A stretch of 64,000 nucleotides of DNA from Octopus bimaculoides (lineage: Eukaryota), in NCBI RefSeq assembly GCF_001194135.2, contig NC_068994.1, positions 1,253,767-1,317,766 of the forward strand, given 5' to 3'. Positions within the stretch are counted from its first letter, which is position 1; each line of letters starts with the position of its first letter. The translations under genes and the position numbers were made by a program. This document shows positions 14,094 through 26,929 of this stretch, piece after piece. The notes under the pieces are model-generated. The model made no database searches. It worked only from the letters and a program-made list of their open reading frames with translations, and had not been told where the DNA came from.

Positions 14094-15054
14094 CCCCACA
14101 TGGCATAGCCCAGAGGGTTGAGATCTAGGCTGGAAGAGGGTCAGGCGTCTGCAGGCCAGAAAGAGGCAAAACTGGATTTGCAGAAATTCTGAAATTTCTT
14201 GACAGTATGACTGGAAGCACCATCCTGGGTCCACACATAGTTGGGCTTGAGCCATGGCAAGACATGATACCTCAGTGTCTTGTAGTAGACATCAGCCCCC
14301 ACCTTTTGTCTGGGCTTGTAGAAGTAGATGAGCATCTTTCTTCTATCCAAGGCCTCAACACCGAAGGCTCTGACCTGGGATGGATGTTTTTTTTTCTGAT
14401 GGTGCTCCTGATGTCAGCTGTTGACACCGCAATGTACTGGTCGTTTATGCAGTCCACAACGGCATCCAGTGTGAAGATCTTTTTGTCAGAAAATTTTCAC
14501 AGTGGACCCATTCTTCTTGAGGCATGTGAGAATCGTTATGCACCTCTCCAGTCTTCTGACCTTCATAGGTTCTGTCAGCAAGAGTCTCAACGTTCTGGCA
14601 AAAGACTCGAGGTCTAAGTCATCATTCACAGCTGTTCTGATGGTTTTGGGATCCACTTCAAGTTCAGAATCCAGCTTCCACATGGATGTGGTTGGGTCTG
14701 TTGAAATCTTGGATTTGAGTGTTGATGAAGTCTTGATTCCCCTTCTAGTTGGCCTCCACCAGTGCCAGACTTCCTCTGAATGCCGTTGCCCATGTCCATT
14801 CTCTTCTTGACATTGTAAACTGTGTGTAAGGATACTCCGACTATGGTTGAGATCCTCTTCTGATCGACTTGTGCATGGACCAAATCACACACTCGTTGGC
14901 ATGTGTCTTACTGTACATTCACATTCTCCAATATTCCTGCAGATTAGCGGAAAACCTATTCTTTGTTCTGGATTAGGTCTCATATCATTTGGTGTAGTGG
15001 TTGCTGTGAAATATTGGTGTAACTTTTAATGCAAGTTTTGCTTCCCCCACCCTG
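14093..15054 (-). mobile_element. Decayed Tc1/mariner-superfamily transposon, maT/DD37D-like
   Basis: Fragmented transposase: HTH region (ISTIVGVSLHTVYNVKKR), KIFSDKKIFTVD, YVWTQDGASSH, PSSSLDLNPLGYAMWG. Terminus TA|CAGGGTGGGGGAAGCAAAAC at 15054. Confidence 0.85.
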
Positions 15055-15799
15055 TATGTACAGAGAAAGGGAGAGTGAGAGAGAGAGGAGGGGAGAGAGA
15101 GAGAGAGAGGGGAGAGAGAGAGAGAGGAGAGGGGAGAGGAAACTGATGTATAAACATCAAAGAATAAATACTTGCTAATTAACATAACATTCCTGATGAT
15201 TTGGGTAAATACATTTTAAAATTAATTTCATTTAAATTAATTATGGATCACTAAATTATATTTTGTAATTATACATTAAGTGTGTTTATCTTAATGAAAC
15301 AGTTGTTGAGCTCAATTAAAGTGTGAACTAAATGTAAAATATATTACTTTATGCTTTTATGCCATTTATAAATAGTAAAATTTATAAAGAGAATAAAATG
15401 GACAATTCTATTGATATTGTAATTAATAAAAGTATTCAAAAGTATATCATTACATCCCAGTTTCTCATCTTGTGTGAGATTATCCTTGTAATGTAAAGGT
15501 TTGATGTTAGCCTTCAGTTAAGATTAAGTAGAGTATATTGATTGGACCCAACCTCATTACAGATACACATGCTTATATGTATTCCACCATCAGAGGTAAA
15601 AATCAATGGATTTTGTATCTGAGTAAAGTATTTTAATGTCTAATTATTTGTTATGTTATACTGTGCCTCTGTAATATTTCAAATAGTTTTGCCCTGATAC
15701 AGAATCCAAAGTAGTTTTCAAGCCCAGAAACAATAGTGCCACACTGAAATTGCAATTTCTTCAACAATTGCTAAATTGCATCCAGGAGTGTTGAAAAAC

Positions 15800-16030
15800 A
15801 GTGTTATCTTTCAACAGGACAACACTCCATGTCATACAGCAAAGAATACTCATCAATGGTTTGAAACACAGCTGAAAGTCCCAATCTAAACCTGCTCGAA
15901 CACCTATGGGGAACTCTTGGTGAAGCTATCAGGAACACAACCATTAAAAATAAAGAACATTTGTACCAAAAGCTGAGAGAAGAATGAAGTAAAATTGTGC
16001 CTAGCACACTTGGGTGAATGTGGAGGTAGT
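15800..16030 (+). mobile_element. Tc1-like (DD34E) transposase fragment
   Basis: VIFQQDNTPCHTAKNTHQWF / ESPNLNLLEHLWGTLGEAIR, one frameshift and a stop. Confidence 0.8.
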
Positions 16031-16074
16031 GAAGAATTGGCTCAAACAATAGTCAACAGAATTTTACGGGGCAG

Positions 16075-16250
16075 GGATACATGCTCTCATTTGAAGGTGG
16101 AACATTTCTATTGAGAGAAACAGTGACTGTTGAGAAGTAGGGATGTGATCCACAGAGGACCAGCTTCATTTTGATGTATGATACATGTTCCTGTGTTGAT
16201 AATTATACCTGTCCTAAACAAAATGGCATTACTTTTTCACTCAGCCTCGT
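16075..16250. mobile_element. Probable mariner-type terminal fragment
   Basis: Ends in cattactttttcactcagcctcg|ta, a TACGAG-type mariner terminus. No coding support. Confidence 0.4.
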
Positions 16251-16389
16251 ATTTCAGGCACAAAGACTCCTTGCAAATGAAAAGCTTAGAAATGGCAGTC
16301 TGTGCAGATCCTGTCATTTGGATTGAAGAGCGTTTGTAGTTTGTTTGAAGCATTGTAATACGGAAAGAAAATAACATATGTATATATGT

Positions 16390-16456
<67 letters not shown>

Positions 16457-17639
16457 CAAGTTATCCCTGTTGTTGTATTTAGTGATTAGAAACAGGACGT
16501 ATGAACCAGTTTTTGTGAATATCTATGTATTAATATGAATGTGTGTGTGTGTGTGTGTATGCATGTATTGTTTGATGCACACCTGTGTGTATGAGTATGT
16601 TTATACTAAAATGGGTGTGTAATTACAACCAAACCTATATAACTATTTCTACATCTCTTTCTATATACACACATATACAAATACACACAACATATACATG
16701 CACATGTATATGTATATACACATACACACACATACATACATATATATACATATATACATATATATATACACACACACACACACACATATATATGTATGTA
16801 TGTATATATATATACACACATGCACTTCACTGAGTTATGAATATTTGTCACCAATTAGGACACTTGAGTGGTATTATACACCCTCTATGTCAATTTGTGA
16901 AATTAATTAGATATGCATATATATTTTATACATGCATGCACACACAGGCACACACACACACACTACATACATTTACATATGTATATATATGTAAATGTAG
17001 ATATATATATGTATATTTGAATGCTTATATACACTCGATAAGTAATTCAATAAAAACAAATTCTAAAGGAAGGAACAAAAATACCTAAAACTATTGTAAA
17101 ATCGACAAACTGCAATGAAAGACAAAAGTGAATAAAAGAAATCCTGTATTAATACCACCACCACCACCACCCTGATGATAGTGACTGCTGCTGCTGCTGC
17201 TGCTGTAGAAAACTGCATTAAGCAGATGCAGAAATGCTGCACAATAATTTAATTATCACATTGATGCTGGCAGCAAAATTGGCCAGCTTCTAATCGGATA
17301 TTTCACTATTCCCGATCAACTTCTCATTGGCACTGGTGTTAATTACTAGAAAAAATGTGCTGATTGAAAAATTAGATGACACATCTTAACGAGGGTAGAA
17401 GAAGAAAATGTTGCAAGTGTTTGCAACAATGTGTAATTATTGGTGTGTGCCAGAAAAAAAGTAAGGCAGACACGAGCAAACAATGGATAATAAAGAAAAC
17501 AACTCTCTTGATTAGGTGTTATTAGCAAATATAGTGTAATATCTTTCATCTCTATCACCCACCTGCTTCACCAGTGGAAATGGAGACAGACCTCCAGTGG
17601 CTATGTAAGTGTATGTGTAATGGAAGTTAGCATCTGTGT

Positions 17640-17953
17640 GTGTCTGTATGGCTGGTTGACGCATGCGTACGAACAACCATGCTACATGGCAGTGAAACAT
17701 GGGCTGTAACTGCTGAGGACATACGTAAGCTCGCAAGGAATGAAGCCAGTATGCTCCGTTGGATGTGTAATGTCAATGTGAATACCCGTCAGAGTGTAAG
17801 TATCTTGAGAGAAAAGCTGAACATTAGAAGCATCAGTTGTGGCGTGCAAGAGAGACGATTGCGCTGGTATGGACATGTGGTGAGAATGGAGGAGGATAGC
17901 TGCGTGAAAAAGTGCCACACCCTAACAGTTGAGGGAACCCGTGGAAGAGGTAG
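17640..17953 (+). mobile_element. RTE-clade LINE, C-terminal ORF fragment (cut by gap)
   Basis: ACVRTTMLHGSETWAVT...RNEASMLRWMC...QERRLRWYGHVVRM...TVEGTRGRG. Confidence 0.9.
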
Positions 17954-18499
17954 NNNNNNNNNNNNNNNNNNNNNNNNNNNNNNNNNNNNNNNNNNNNNNN
18001 NNNNNNNNNNNNNNNNNNNNNNNNNNNNNNNNNNNNNNNNNNNNNNNNNNNNNNNNNNNNNNNNNNNNNNNNNNNNNNNNNNNNNNNNNNNNNNNNNNNN
18101 NNNNNNNNNNNNNNNNNNNNNNNNNNNNNNNNNNNNNNNNNNNNNNNNNNNNNNNNNNNNNNNNNNNNNNNNNNNNNNNNNNNNNNNNNNNNNNNNNNNN
18201 NNNNNNNNNNNNNNNNNNNNNNNNNNNNNNNNNNNNNNNNNNNNNNNNNNNNNNNNNNNNNNNNNNNNNNNNNNNNNNNNNNNNNNNNNNNNNNGATGAT
18301 GATGATGATATATATAGATATATATATATATATATAGATATATATAGAGATAGATATATACACACACACACATATATATACATATGTGCACCAGCATGAC
18401 CGCAGCCACTTGGCTGAAACACATAAATAAATAAATAAAAATATATATATATAATATCTATCTATCTGTCTGTCTGTCTGTCTGTATGACCATCGCCTC

Positions 18500-18680
18500 C
18501 TGTTCATCATCATTTAACATCCACATATCCATGGTCCATGATTGCATGAATTAAATGAAATTCGCTGAGGCAAATTCTTTTACGGCTGGATGCCCTTCCC
18601 ATCACCAATCCTCACCTGTTCCTCCCATGGCCAGGCATGTTTTCATGGAAGACTGGAAACAAGCAACGTTGCATGTATGA
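18500..18680 (-). mobile_element. SINE-like repeat related to family R
   Basis: catcatcatttaacatcc...ggctggatgcccttcc...accaatcctcacctg...gaagactggaaac. Confidence 0.6.
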
Positions 18681-18758
18681 GAATGCACTTGCAACCAGGA
18701 TGCAACAACTAGACAAAGGTACACACACAAACATTTGTACATACACACACACACAAAC

Positions 18759-18915
18759 CTGAGTGTGTGGTAAGAAGCTTGCTTCCCAATCACAGGGCTC
18801 TGGGTTCAGTCCCTCTGTATGACACTTTGGGCATGTGTCTTCTGTTATAGTCTCAGGTTGACCAAAGAACTGTGGTGGATTTGGTAGATGGAAACTCAAA
18901 GAAGCCCGTTGTATA

Positions 18916-18974
<59 letters not shown>

Positions 18975-19440
18975 GGTTTGGACAAAATAATGGAAACACC
19001 TAGCATCATAGCATCATAATTTTGAAATATCTACAAAACCATCAAAAGCTTGTTCATTTTTGTTTTTTGATTTATTAATGGTGTTGCTTAATATGTTTTG
19101 CTAAAATTGCTGTTTCTTTTCAGATGTCATCAGAAAAAAGGTAATTAAAATTCATTAAAATGATAGATCTATCGAACTTTCACAGAGGTCCATTATTTTG
19201 TCCAACCCCTGTATATGTGTGTGAGTGTGTGTCCTTGTATCTGTGTTTGTCCTCCACCACCACTTGGCAACCTGTGTTGGTGTGTTTATGTCCCTGTAAC
19301 ATAGCAGTTCAGCAAAAGAGACTGATAGAATAAGCACCAGGTTTCATAAACAAATAAATACAGCGGTTGATTCATTTAACTAAAGTTCTTTGAGGTGGTG
19401 CTCCAGCATGACCGCAGTCTAATGAGTGAAGCAAACAATA
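18759..19440 (+). mobile_element. Composite SINE family A: head 18759-18913, (TA)n, 3' module 19214-19440, interrupted by a MITE
   Basis: Head matches the other A copies. The 3' module (tgtttgtcctcc...gtccctgtaac.tagcagtt..gcaaa...ccagcatg.c.gcagtc) follows the head in the same order at 40174-40640. Confidence 0.8.
18972..19211. mobile_element. 240-bp Tc1/mariner-type MITE
   Basis: TIRs CAGGGTTTGGACAAAATAATGGA / CAGGGGTTGGACAAAATAATGGA (22/23), TA on both sides. Confidence 0.9.
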
Positions 19441-19483
19441 GATACACACACATACTCACACACAAACACATATAAATGTCTGA

Positions 19484-19628
19484 AGTGCTTCATTGAGTTT
19501 CCACCTGACCAAATCCTCCACAAGGCTTTGGTTGGCCCACACACTTGTCCAAGGTGTTACACTGTAGGACTGAACCCAAGACCACATGATTGGGGGACCA
19601 AACTCCTTACCACACAGCCATTCATGAG
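19484..19628 (-). mobile_element. SINE family A
   Basis: Reverse complement of the family A head (acaaggctttggttggcc...cacttgtccaaggtg...actgaaccc...cttaccacacagcca). Confidence 0.8.
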
Positions 19629-20167
19629 TAGAAAGCGCAGTGCTCATCCCTGCGTACTACTCTGCTCCCCAGTGTCTAAGTGTGCATGTTGTTATGGATG
19701 TAGAGATGTGTGTGGATGTGTTAATACACGTGCGTGTGTATATGTGAGTATTGATATTTATACATTCCTCTGTGTGTATTTCTCTCTTACTTACGTAGAC
19801 ACATACACACAAATACCTACACACATATTATGCACGCACATCAATGCTTATGCATGCACACCTACACACGCATTCGGATAAACCTATCGGGGATTACTTA
19901 ACATTGCTGGAGAGAAATTAACAAATGGCTAATTTAATTTGCATGAGATATGATAAAAAATGGATGAATAATAAAGGTAAATACATTAGTATAAAGACGC
20001 ACGGCCAAACACACACACACACACACAAAACACAAAATGCACACATATACATACATACACATACACATATGTGCATATCTATATCTATCTACCTCTCTTT
20101 CTCTCTCTCTCTCCATTTGTCTCACTCTCCCTCTTTCTCTATTTCTCTCTCTCTCTATCTCTTTAGC

Positions 20168-20254
<87 letters not shown>

Positions 20255-20848
20255 CATATGCATATACATGTACATTCAAGTACACTCAACCCCAAAACAC
20301 GCACGTGTGTGTTTATATATATATACATACACATACATGCATTCATATACATGTACACACACACACACACACATTTTTATCCTTGATAGCAAAAACAACA
20401 AAAGTCCTAAAACAAACCCAGTCATTTTGACTTTTAATTATCACCAAAATACAAAAGATGATGGATTACTCGTTAACCCTTCTCAGGAGTATTTTGGATA
20501 AACCCCATTGTACTTGACATGCAACCACACATCACAACAACGGAATGATCTTCAACAAACTCTATCCATTCTATTCGATACTAACCATTCAACCCATTAT
20601 CAGGGGTGTCTTTGTTAAATCGAGTTGGTTGTGGTTGACATGTAACATTGAAAGAGAGGAGATTGTAAGATGTGTAATGTATGTGATATGAAATATAGGC
20701 AATGAAATGTCTGTGGAAGGCAGTGTTTGTTACGTAATGTATGCTATGTAATATTTGTGGTATATAATTTAAGTTATATGATATATAAAGAGAATATATG
20801 AGGTATCTAATGTAATAGATGTGGTGTGTAATGTATGAATAGTGTAAG

Positions 20849-21012
20849 AGGTGCACGCATGGGTGTGTGGTTAGGACGTTTGCTTTCCAACCCTGTGATT
20901 TTGAGTTCAGTCCTACTGTGTGGCATTTTGGGTTTGCAGCTTCTAGTACAGCCTCAGGCCAACCAAAAACTTGTGAGTAGATTTGGTAGATGGAAACTGA
21001 ATGAAGCCTATC
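20849..21012 (+). mobile_element. SINE family A
   Basis: gggtgtgtggttagg...gagttcagtcc...caggccaaccaaaaacttgtgagtagatttggtagatggaaactg. Confidence 0.8.
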
Positions 21013-21026
21013 ACACACACACAATC

Positions 21027-21250
21027 GTTGTCATCATCATTATCACCATCATCGTCCATCATAATTCAACGTCTGTTTTTCATACAGGCATGGGTTAAAT
21101 GGTTGGACTGGAACTGGAAAGCTAGAGAGCTGCACCAGTCTCCAGTCGTCTGTTTTGGTTTGGTTTCTATGGCTTGATGCCCTCCTGAATGCCAACCACT
21201 CCACAGACTGTACTGGGTGCCTTTTATGTGTCTCCAACACTGCTCACAAC
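21027..21250 (-). mobile_element. SINE-like repeat family R
   Basis: (CAT)n tail, aacgtctgtttttcat..aggcatgggtt...gatgccctcctgaatgccaaccactcc. Confidence 0.7.
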
Positions 21251-21611
21251 CCCAATTTCTCTCAGCTTAACATGCCTTCTCAAGCACAGCAAACAGGCAA
21301 AGATCTTGATCACTTGTCATTACCTCCATAAGACTCAACAACTGAAGCTCATATTTCACCTCCTCATCTGATGTCTTCTTTGGTCTACCACTGCATAACA
21401 CTGCCTCAATAATATATATTCCTCTAACCCATGCTAGCTTTGAAAAATAAGCATAAAAACTGGCTGAAATACATGACTCATGGTCAGTGTTAGAGAGTGG
21501 TCAGTGCTAGACTAAGACTGGTCAATGGATACAGAAGAAAAAAAAAAATAGCTGAGTAGTGATGACAATGGCGATGACAAGGATGTAGGAAGGACGAAGA
21601 ACTGATGAAAG

Positions 21612-21649
<38 letters not shown>

Positions 21650-22022
21650 GGGGGGATATTAGGGTGTCTGCTAGTGAAGGGGGACAAGGATGAGGGAAGG
21701 ATGGAATGAGAGGAGGGGGGGAGGAGCAGGAGGAGAAAAAGGGGAGGGAAGAAGATCTGCAGACCAACATATATTATTGAAAGAGGAGAGATAGAGAAAG
21801 GGGGCAAAAGATGGAGGGGCAGAAGTAGATAGATAGATAGATAGCATGAGTGAGAGGGAGGGAGGAAGAGCAAGTGTTTGGTATAAGGAGGAGAGAATAT
21901 ATGGTGGACTTTGGGGCATAGCAAGATATCAATGAGAAACAAAAAATGAATAGAAAGTGGAGAGGTTGTGAGAGAAGGGATGGTCACTATGATATTGAAA
22001 ATGGGAAGTGGGTGTGATTAGA

Positions 22023-22061
<39 letters not shown>

Positions 22062-22154
22062 AATATNNNNNNNNNNNNNNNNNNNNNNNNNNNNNNNNNN
22101 NNNNNNNNNNNNNNNNNNNNNNNNNNNNNNNNNNNNNNNNNNNNNNNNNNNNNG

Positions 22155-22187
<33 letters not shown>

Positions 22188-22542
22188 AAATATGTATATA
22201 AATATATATATAGTGAGAATTTACAATTATACAAAAGACGAAGACGGGTGTGTAAACAAGAGAGAGAGAAAGAATATACCACACACACACACGCGCGCGC
22301 GCTCGTAGAATCCCATTCCCCCATTCTCCGGCAACGGTCAGAGACGGTGGTCTAAGCAAGAAGCGTGCGTGTGTGCAATCGCCACGAAAACAGCTGAATT
22401 GTCAGGGAAGCAAAACGATGCTACCGACAGTGAAGACACCATCAGTTGTCTCCCTTACACTGTTCACACCCGCAGACGTGTTTACAGTTCATTTCTGTCT
22501 TCAGAACACGGCAGCGCCACACTTGACGAGTGCTGCTGTTCT

Positions 22543-22577
22543 TTAGCATTCAGTTTGCACAGAGTAGCCTCCCTTCT
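22543..22577 (-). CDS. Pcdh: Predicted terminal coding exon of the protocadherin ((E)KGGYSVQTEC*), followed by unique putative 3'UTR
   Basis: Acceptor ttagcttatttcag|AG. Read in phase 1 (matching the donor at 31150) it gives G|AG AAG GGA GGC TAC TCT GTG CAA ACT GAA TGC TAA. It lies at the edge of a unique CpG-containing block (about 22300-22580). Confidence 0.5.
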
Positions 22578-23310
22578 CTGAAATAAGCTAAATTCTTTTA
22601 ATACTTATTACAAGGCATGAGCAGCGTTTTCGAGACGCGGGCCACATAAGCCATGGCGGGCCGCACTACTAAAAAATTTTCGTTAAGCTTGCCATTTTGA
22701 AAACCCTAGAATAGCCACAGGCTTCCCATAACTGGCTTAAATATATCCACTTTATATCATTGTATATGTGCAAAGTATACAACACACAACACGTCCTCCT
22801 CCTCCTCACACCCACACTACCACGTTATACCTCACCACTACCATCACCACCACCTTAGATGAAATGAACCCCTTCCCCGTGTGGTTAGGGCATTTTTGCT
22901 ATATAAGAAATAGCAGCCAAATTTCCTTCCCAACACTGGTAACTTCTCAAAAACAGAAGGACACACTGAATTAATGTAGCCTTAGGTAGACTGTGTTTGA
23001 GAAGTGTTTTTGATTGTTGGAGATGGAGCTAGTGGATAAGGGATGGGCCGGTGCTATATGGTGGTGATTGAACCTGTTAGAAATGACAGCCAAATCGCCT
23101 TTCTACCACATCTTTGTGTCATAAAGCATGAAGGACACATTGATTACTGTAGTTCTATATATATTAGAATGGTATGATCGTGGCTGGATTGTCTTCGATC
23201 ATAGAACTAGAAGGTTACCTGGCTGGAGAGAGGAGGATCAGGAATGAAGACGGAAACAGGTGTGCTACCGCAAAGAAAATACACAGTTGCCAAACTTGAG
23301 GGAAGAGCAG

Positions 23311-23427
<117 letters not shown>

Positions 23428-23499
23428 CCTGATATGATGAAGATCCAGATTTCAATGGATGTCAAGATTTCGTTGAGGTTCCAGTTTTGCTGGCAGAGA

Positions 23500-24036
23500 G
23501 AGGGGGGGACAGAAGGATGGAGATGGTGGCAAAATGTCGGGCATACTCACAAGGAACAAGGATCAGAGTATAAATGAGATGGTTGAGTAAAGGAAAAGAG
23601 AGATATAGATGGTGGCAAGTGCCTGGGCATACCCTTGAGGGAAAGGAAACAAGGCATGTAGGGTAGAAGCAGAGAGCAATGGTACAGTGGCACGGGGCCA
23701 AGAGGACAAGATTGGGGAGTGAGGGGGTAACCATAGAACATGAAGTGGAAATGTGAGGTAGAGACGTAGTTTGGTTCGTTGTGGTTAAAGTGTGTGAGAT
23801 GTTTTCTACACAGCACGTCTAGAACACAGGTTTGCTGACGTGGGTAGGTCTTCTCAAGAACTTCATATCACCAGACATCTCGGTCCGTGGTCTTTTCCTC
23901 CATGTGGCCCAACATGCTGAGACCAGTCCTTACCACTTCATCCCACGTCTTCCTGGGTCTCCTTCTTCCACTTTCAGTGACAGACACCTTTCTTTATACA
24001 GCTGTCCTCATTCATACATATCACATGTCCAAACCA
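23500..24036 (-). mobile_element. RTE-clade LINE 3' end with UTR, decayed
   Basis: Minus strand WFGHVICMNEDSCIKK then RRPRKTWDEVVR-type segment across frameshifts. Left boundary approximate. Confidence 0.7.
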
Positions 24037-24573
24037 ACATAGTGGTGGGGTAGAGGTGGTGGTTGGGTAGATGTGGTGGGGATGATGTTTGTTTACTGTT
24101 GATGTAAGGGTGGAGATCAAGTGCTGTTAACAATGGTGAAGGGTGGTGCTTGAGTATTTTCAGGGGTGGTCTGTGATGATGGTGGAGAGTGGTGGTGATG
24201 GTGGTGGTACGAAGTTGTAGTTGGGTTGGTGGTGGTGGGCAGAAGTGATGACAATGATATTGTTGTTGTTGTTGTCGGTGGTAGTGGTGACGGTTATTCA
24301 TTCTCCTACCTCTGTCTTCACCCCCTATCCCTATCCCCCCACCCCGTGGGTAATCCCAGATACGTAACTTTATAATTAAATCAAGTCTTTCTGTTTCAAT
24401 CATGTGACAATATTAATTTGAACTTGGAACCACAGATTCCAAGCTGTTCTTGTGATTCAATTTCCTTTCTATTCTCTCAGAGTCTGCTGCGAGAGACACA
24501 GCGAAGATTTGAAAGTAAATTTCACTGAGATTCTATCAGTTGGAATCAGTTGAAAACTGAGGTGAGGCAGAAG

Positions 24574-24613
<40 letters not shown>

Positions 24614-25410
24614 CAACAATAACAACTACAACAACAACAATAATGAATAAAAATATTGCCTTGGGTATAACGATGGCTTGATTGAAATTAATTAAATATA
24701 CTTGGAGTTGCAACTGGAATGTTGAGCTGACAATGGAGCCAGTATCTGTGACTGGTGCTGCTAATGGAGTTTCACTGGCAATGTTGCTGTTGCTGTTGTC
24801 GTTGTTGTTCTAGTCAATAACTATGTTAGAACTCTCTGTAGACCTACAGCACTAAATAAATACTTTAGTTTCTCTCTTCTCCGATATCTTGATGAAACCA
24901 TGGCACACACCCTCAAACTGCCACTACTCCCACCGTCACTCTGCCTTTTTTTCTTTTTCTTGTTTGATCTTTTTTCTTTTGTTTTTGTTCTCTTCTTTGT
25001 TTTTCTTTGCTTCTTCTCCATTTCTTTTCTTTAAACTAAATGAACATTCCAACATCAACACCACCACAACTACCACCCACACCAACTCTGATACACCATC
25101 CATGACCACCACCACTCTATGTAAATATCTTTCCAAATCTAATTAAGATCTATTTTTTTAAATTTAAAGGTTTAAGGGAAACTGTAATTGTATAATTATG
25201 TTGGTAATTAAAGAAAAATAAAAAGTTATTACAAGTTTAATTTGCAGGTCAGATATTTGGACAGCTGGCGGCAAGGTTACCGTTACCTACCTGCACTTTA
25301 TGGTTGAGTAGGGTGAAAAACTGGCCTCATAATAACAAGACTCAGGTTCAATCTAATTGCCTGGCAGTGAGGGCAAAGGGCTGGTGCTATTGCCAGTCTC
25401 GGTCCAATAC

Positions 25411-25550
25411 ATCATCATCATCATCATCATCGTTTAACGTCCGTTTTCCATGCTGGCATGGGTTGGACAGTTTCACTGAGGACTGGCGAGCCAGATGGCT
25501 GCACCAGGCTCCAATCTGATCTGGCAGAGTTTCTACAGCTGGATGACCTT
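25411..25550 (-). mobile_element. SINE-like repeat family R
   Basis: (CAT)n-cgtttaacgtccgttttccatgctggcatgggttggac...caccaggctccaatctgat...ttctacagctggatg. Confidence 0.85.
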
Positions 25551-25859
25551 GCTTCATCTCATTATCATCTTTTCAGATCATTGCAACATTATTTGGAGGG
25601 AAAACTGTCTATGAATTTTGGATAATATTGAGTTCTTCTTTGCTTTGAAACCTGAAGAATTTTACACCCAAAGGAACACCAATTTACCAAATGAATGGGA
25701 TTGTGCTATCAATAATTAAGGGGATCATTATCTTGATTAAATATATCAATTAAGAAGTGTCTGTTTGTTTCAAACTTGAAATGTGACAGGGCTTCCTTCC
25801 AAACTAATATTACACGCTGTGATACACATCGGATATATATATATACCATATTATAATCA

Positions 25860-26004
25860 TTCTGAGTTCAAATTCTGCCAAGATCAACTTTACCTTTCAT
25901 CCTTTTAGGGACCATAAAATATGTGCCAGTTGAGCACTGGGGTCGATATAAAAGACTTGACCCCTGCCATGAAATTGCTGGCCTTGTGCCAAAATTTGAA
26001 ACCA
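25860..26004 (+). mobile_element. SINE family B
   Basis: B-box gagttcaaattc, core ctttacctttcatcctttt.ggg...cagttgagcactggggtcgat, tail ggccttgtgccaaaatttgaaacc. Confidence 0.8.
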
Positions 26005-26929
26005 AGATGTGTACATATACTTTGATCTTCAGCAAAAAGTCAAATGTATGCATGTACACATACACACACATATATACACACACATACACACACATATACA
26101 CACACACACACACATACATACATAAAGATATTTTACTTAGCCACACCTTTCTTTATTTGTTACCAATTCAAATCATAGACAAACTTCGATTCCTTCTGTT
26201 CATTTAATTTTGTAATTTTCTTCATAGTCTGGCTTTAGCAAAGTTTCAGAACTTAATGTATAAGAAACAACACCCTGTTTCGATACAGTGTTCTCCCCCC
26301 CACCCAACTACTACATTTCAATCCCTCCCTCTCTCCCCTCTCTCAATTTCACTCCCCTTTTCTCTCCATCACATCAGGTGATACTTGTTATATATGTATG
26401 CATGTATATATATATATATGTATGCACATATATATATACACATATATATATATGCATATACATGTATGTGTGTATGCTTGTATGTCTCCCTCTCTCTCTC
26501 TCTATATATATATATGCATACATACACACATGTATGTATATCTATATACAATAGCTGGTGCCATACTGTCTCAAGTGAACTCACAGTCCAAGACAATTAA
26601 TAAATTTATTATAAATTCTTCAAATGTTATTTCAGTTTATTAATTTGAACATTTATAAGAGAGAAGCAATCAATGATTGATCTATTAAATCTATTGATTA
26701 GTTACGTCCAATTAATGTTTATAGTATCTAAATGGCAGCAAACCCATGCGGTGGTGGTGGTGGTGGTGGTGGTCATCATAAGGATGACAATATTGATGTT
26801 GCTGTTGTTGGTCAACCCTCATCAAACACAATTACGTTGAAAGACATTCCAACTGTGAAAATTGCATCTGTTTTATGTATTTAGAACACCATTAAACAAC
26901 AGCCTTGTGAATGGCATCCATTTTAATGA

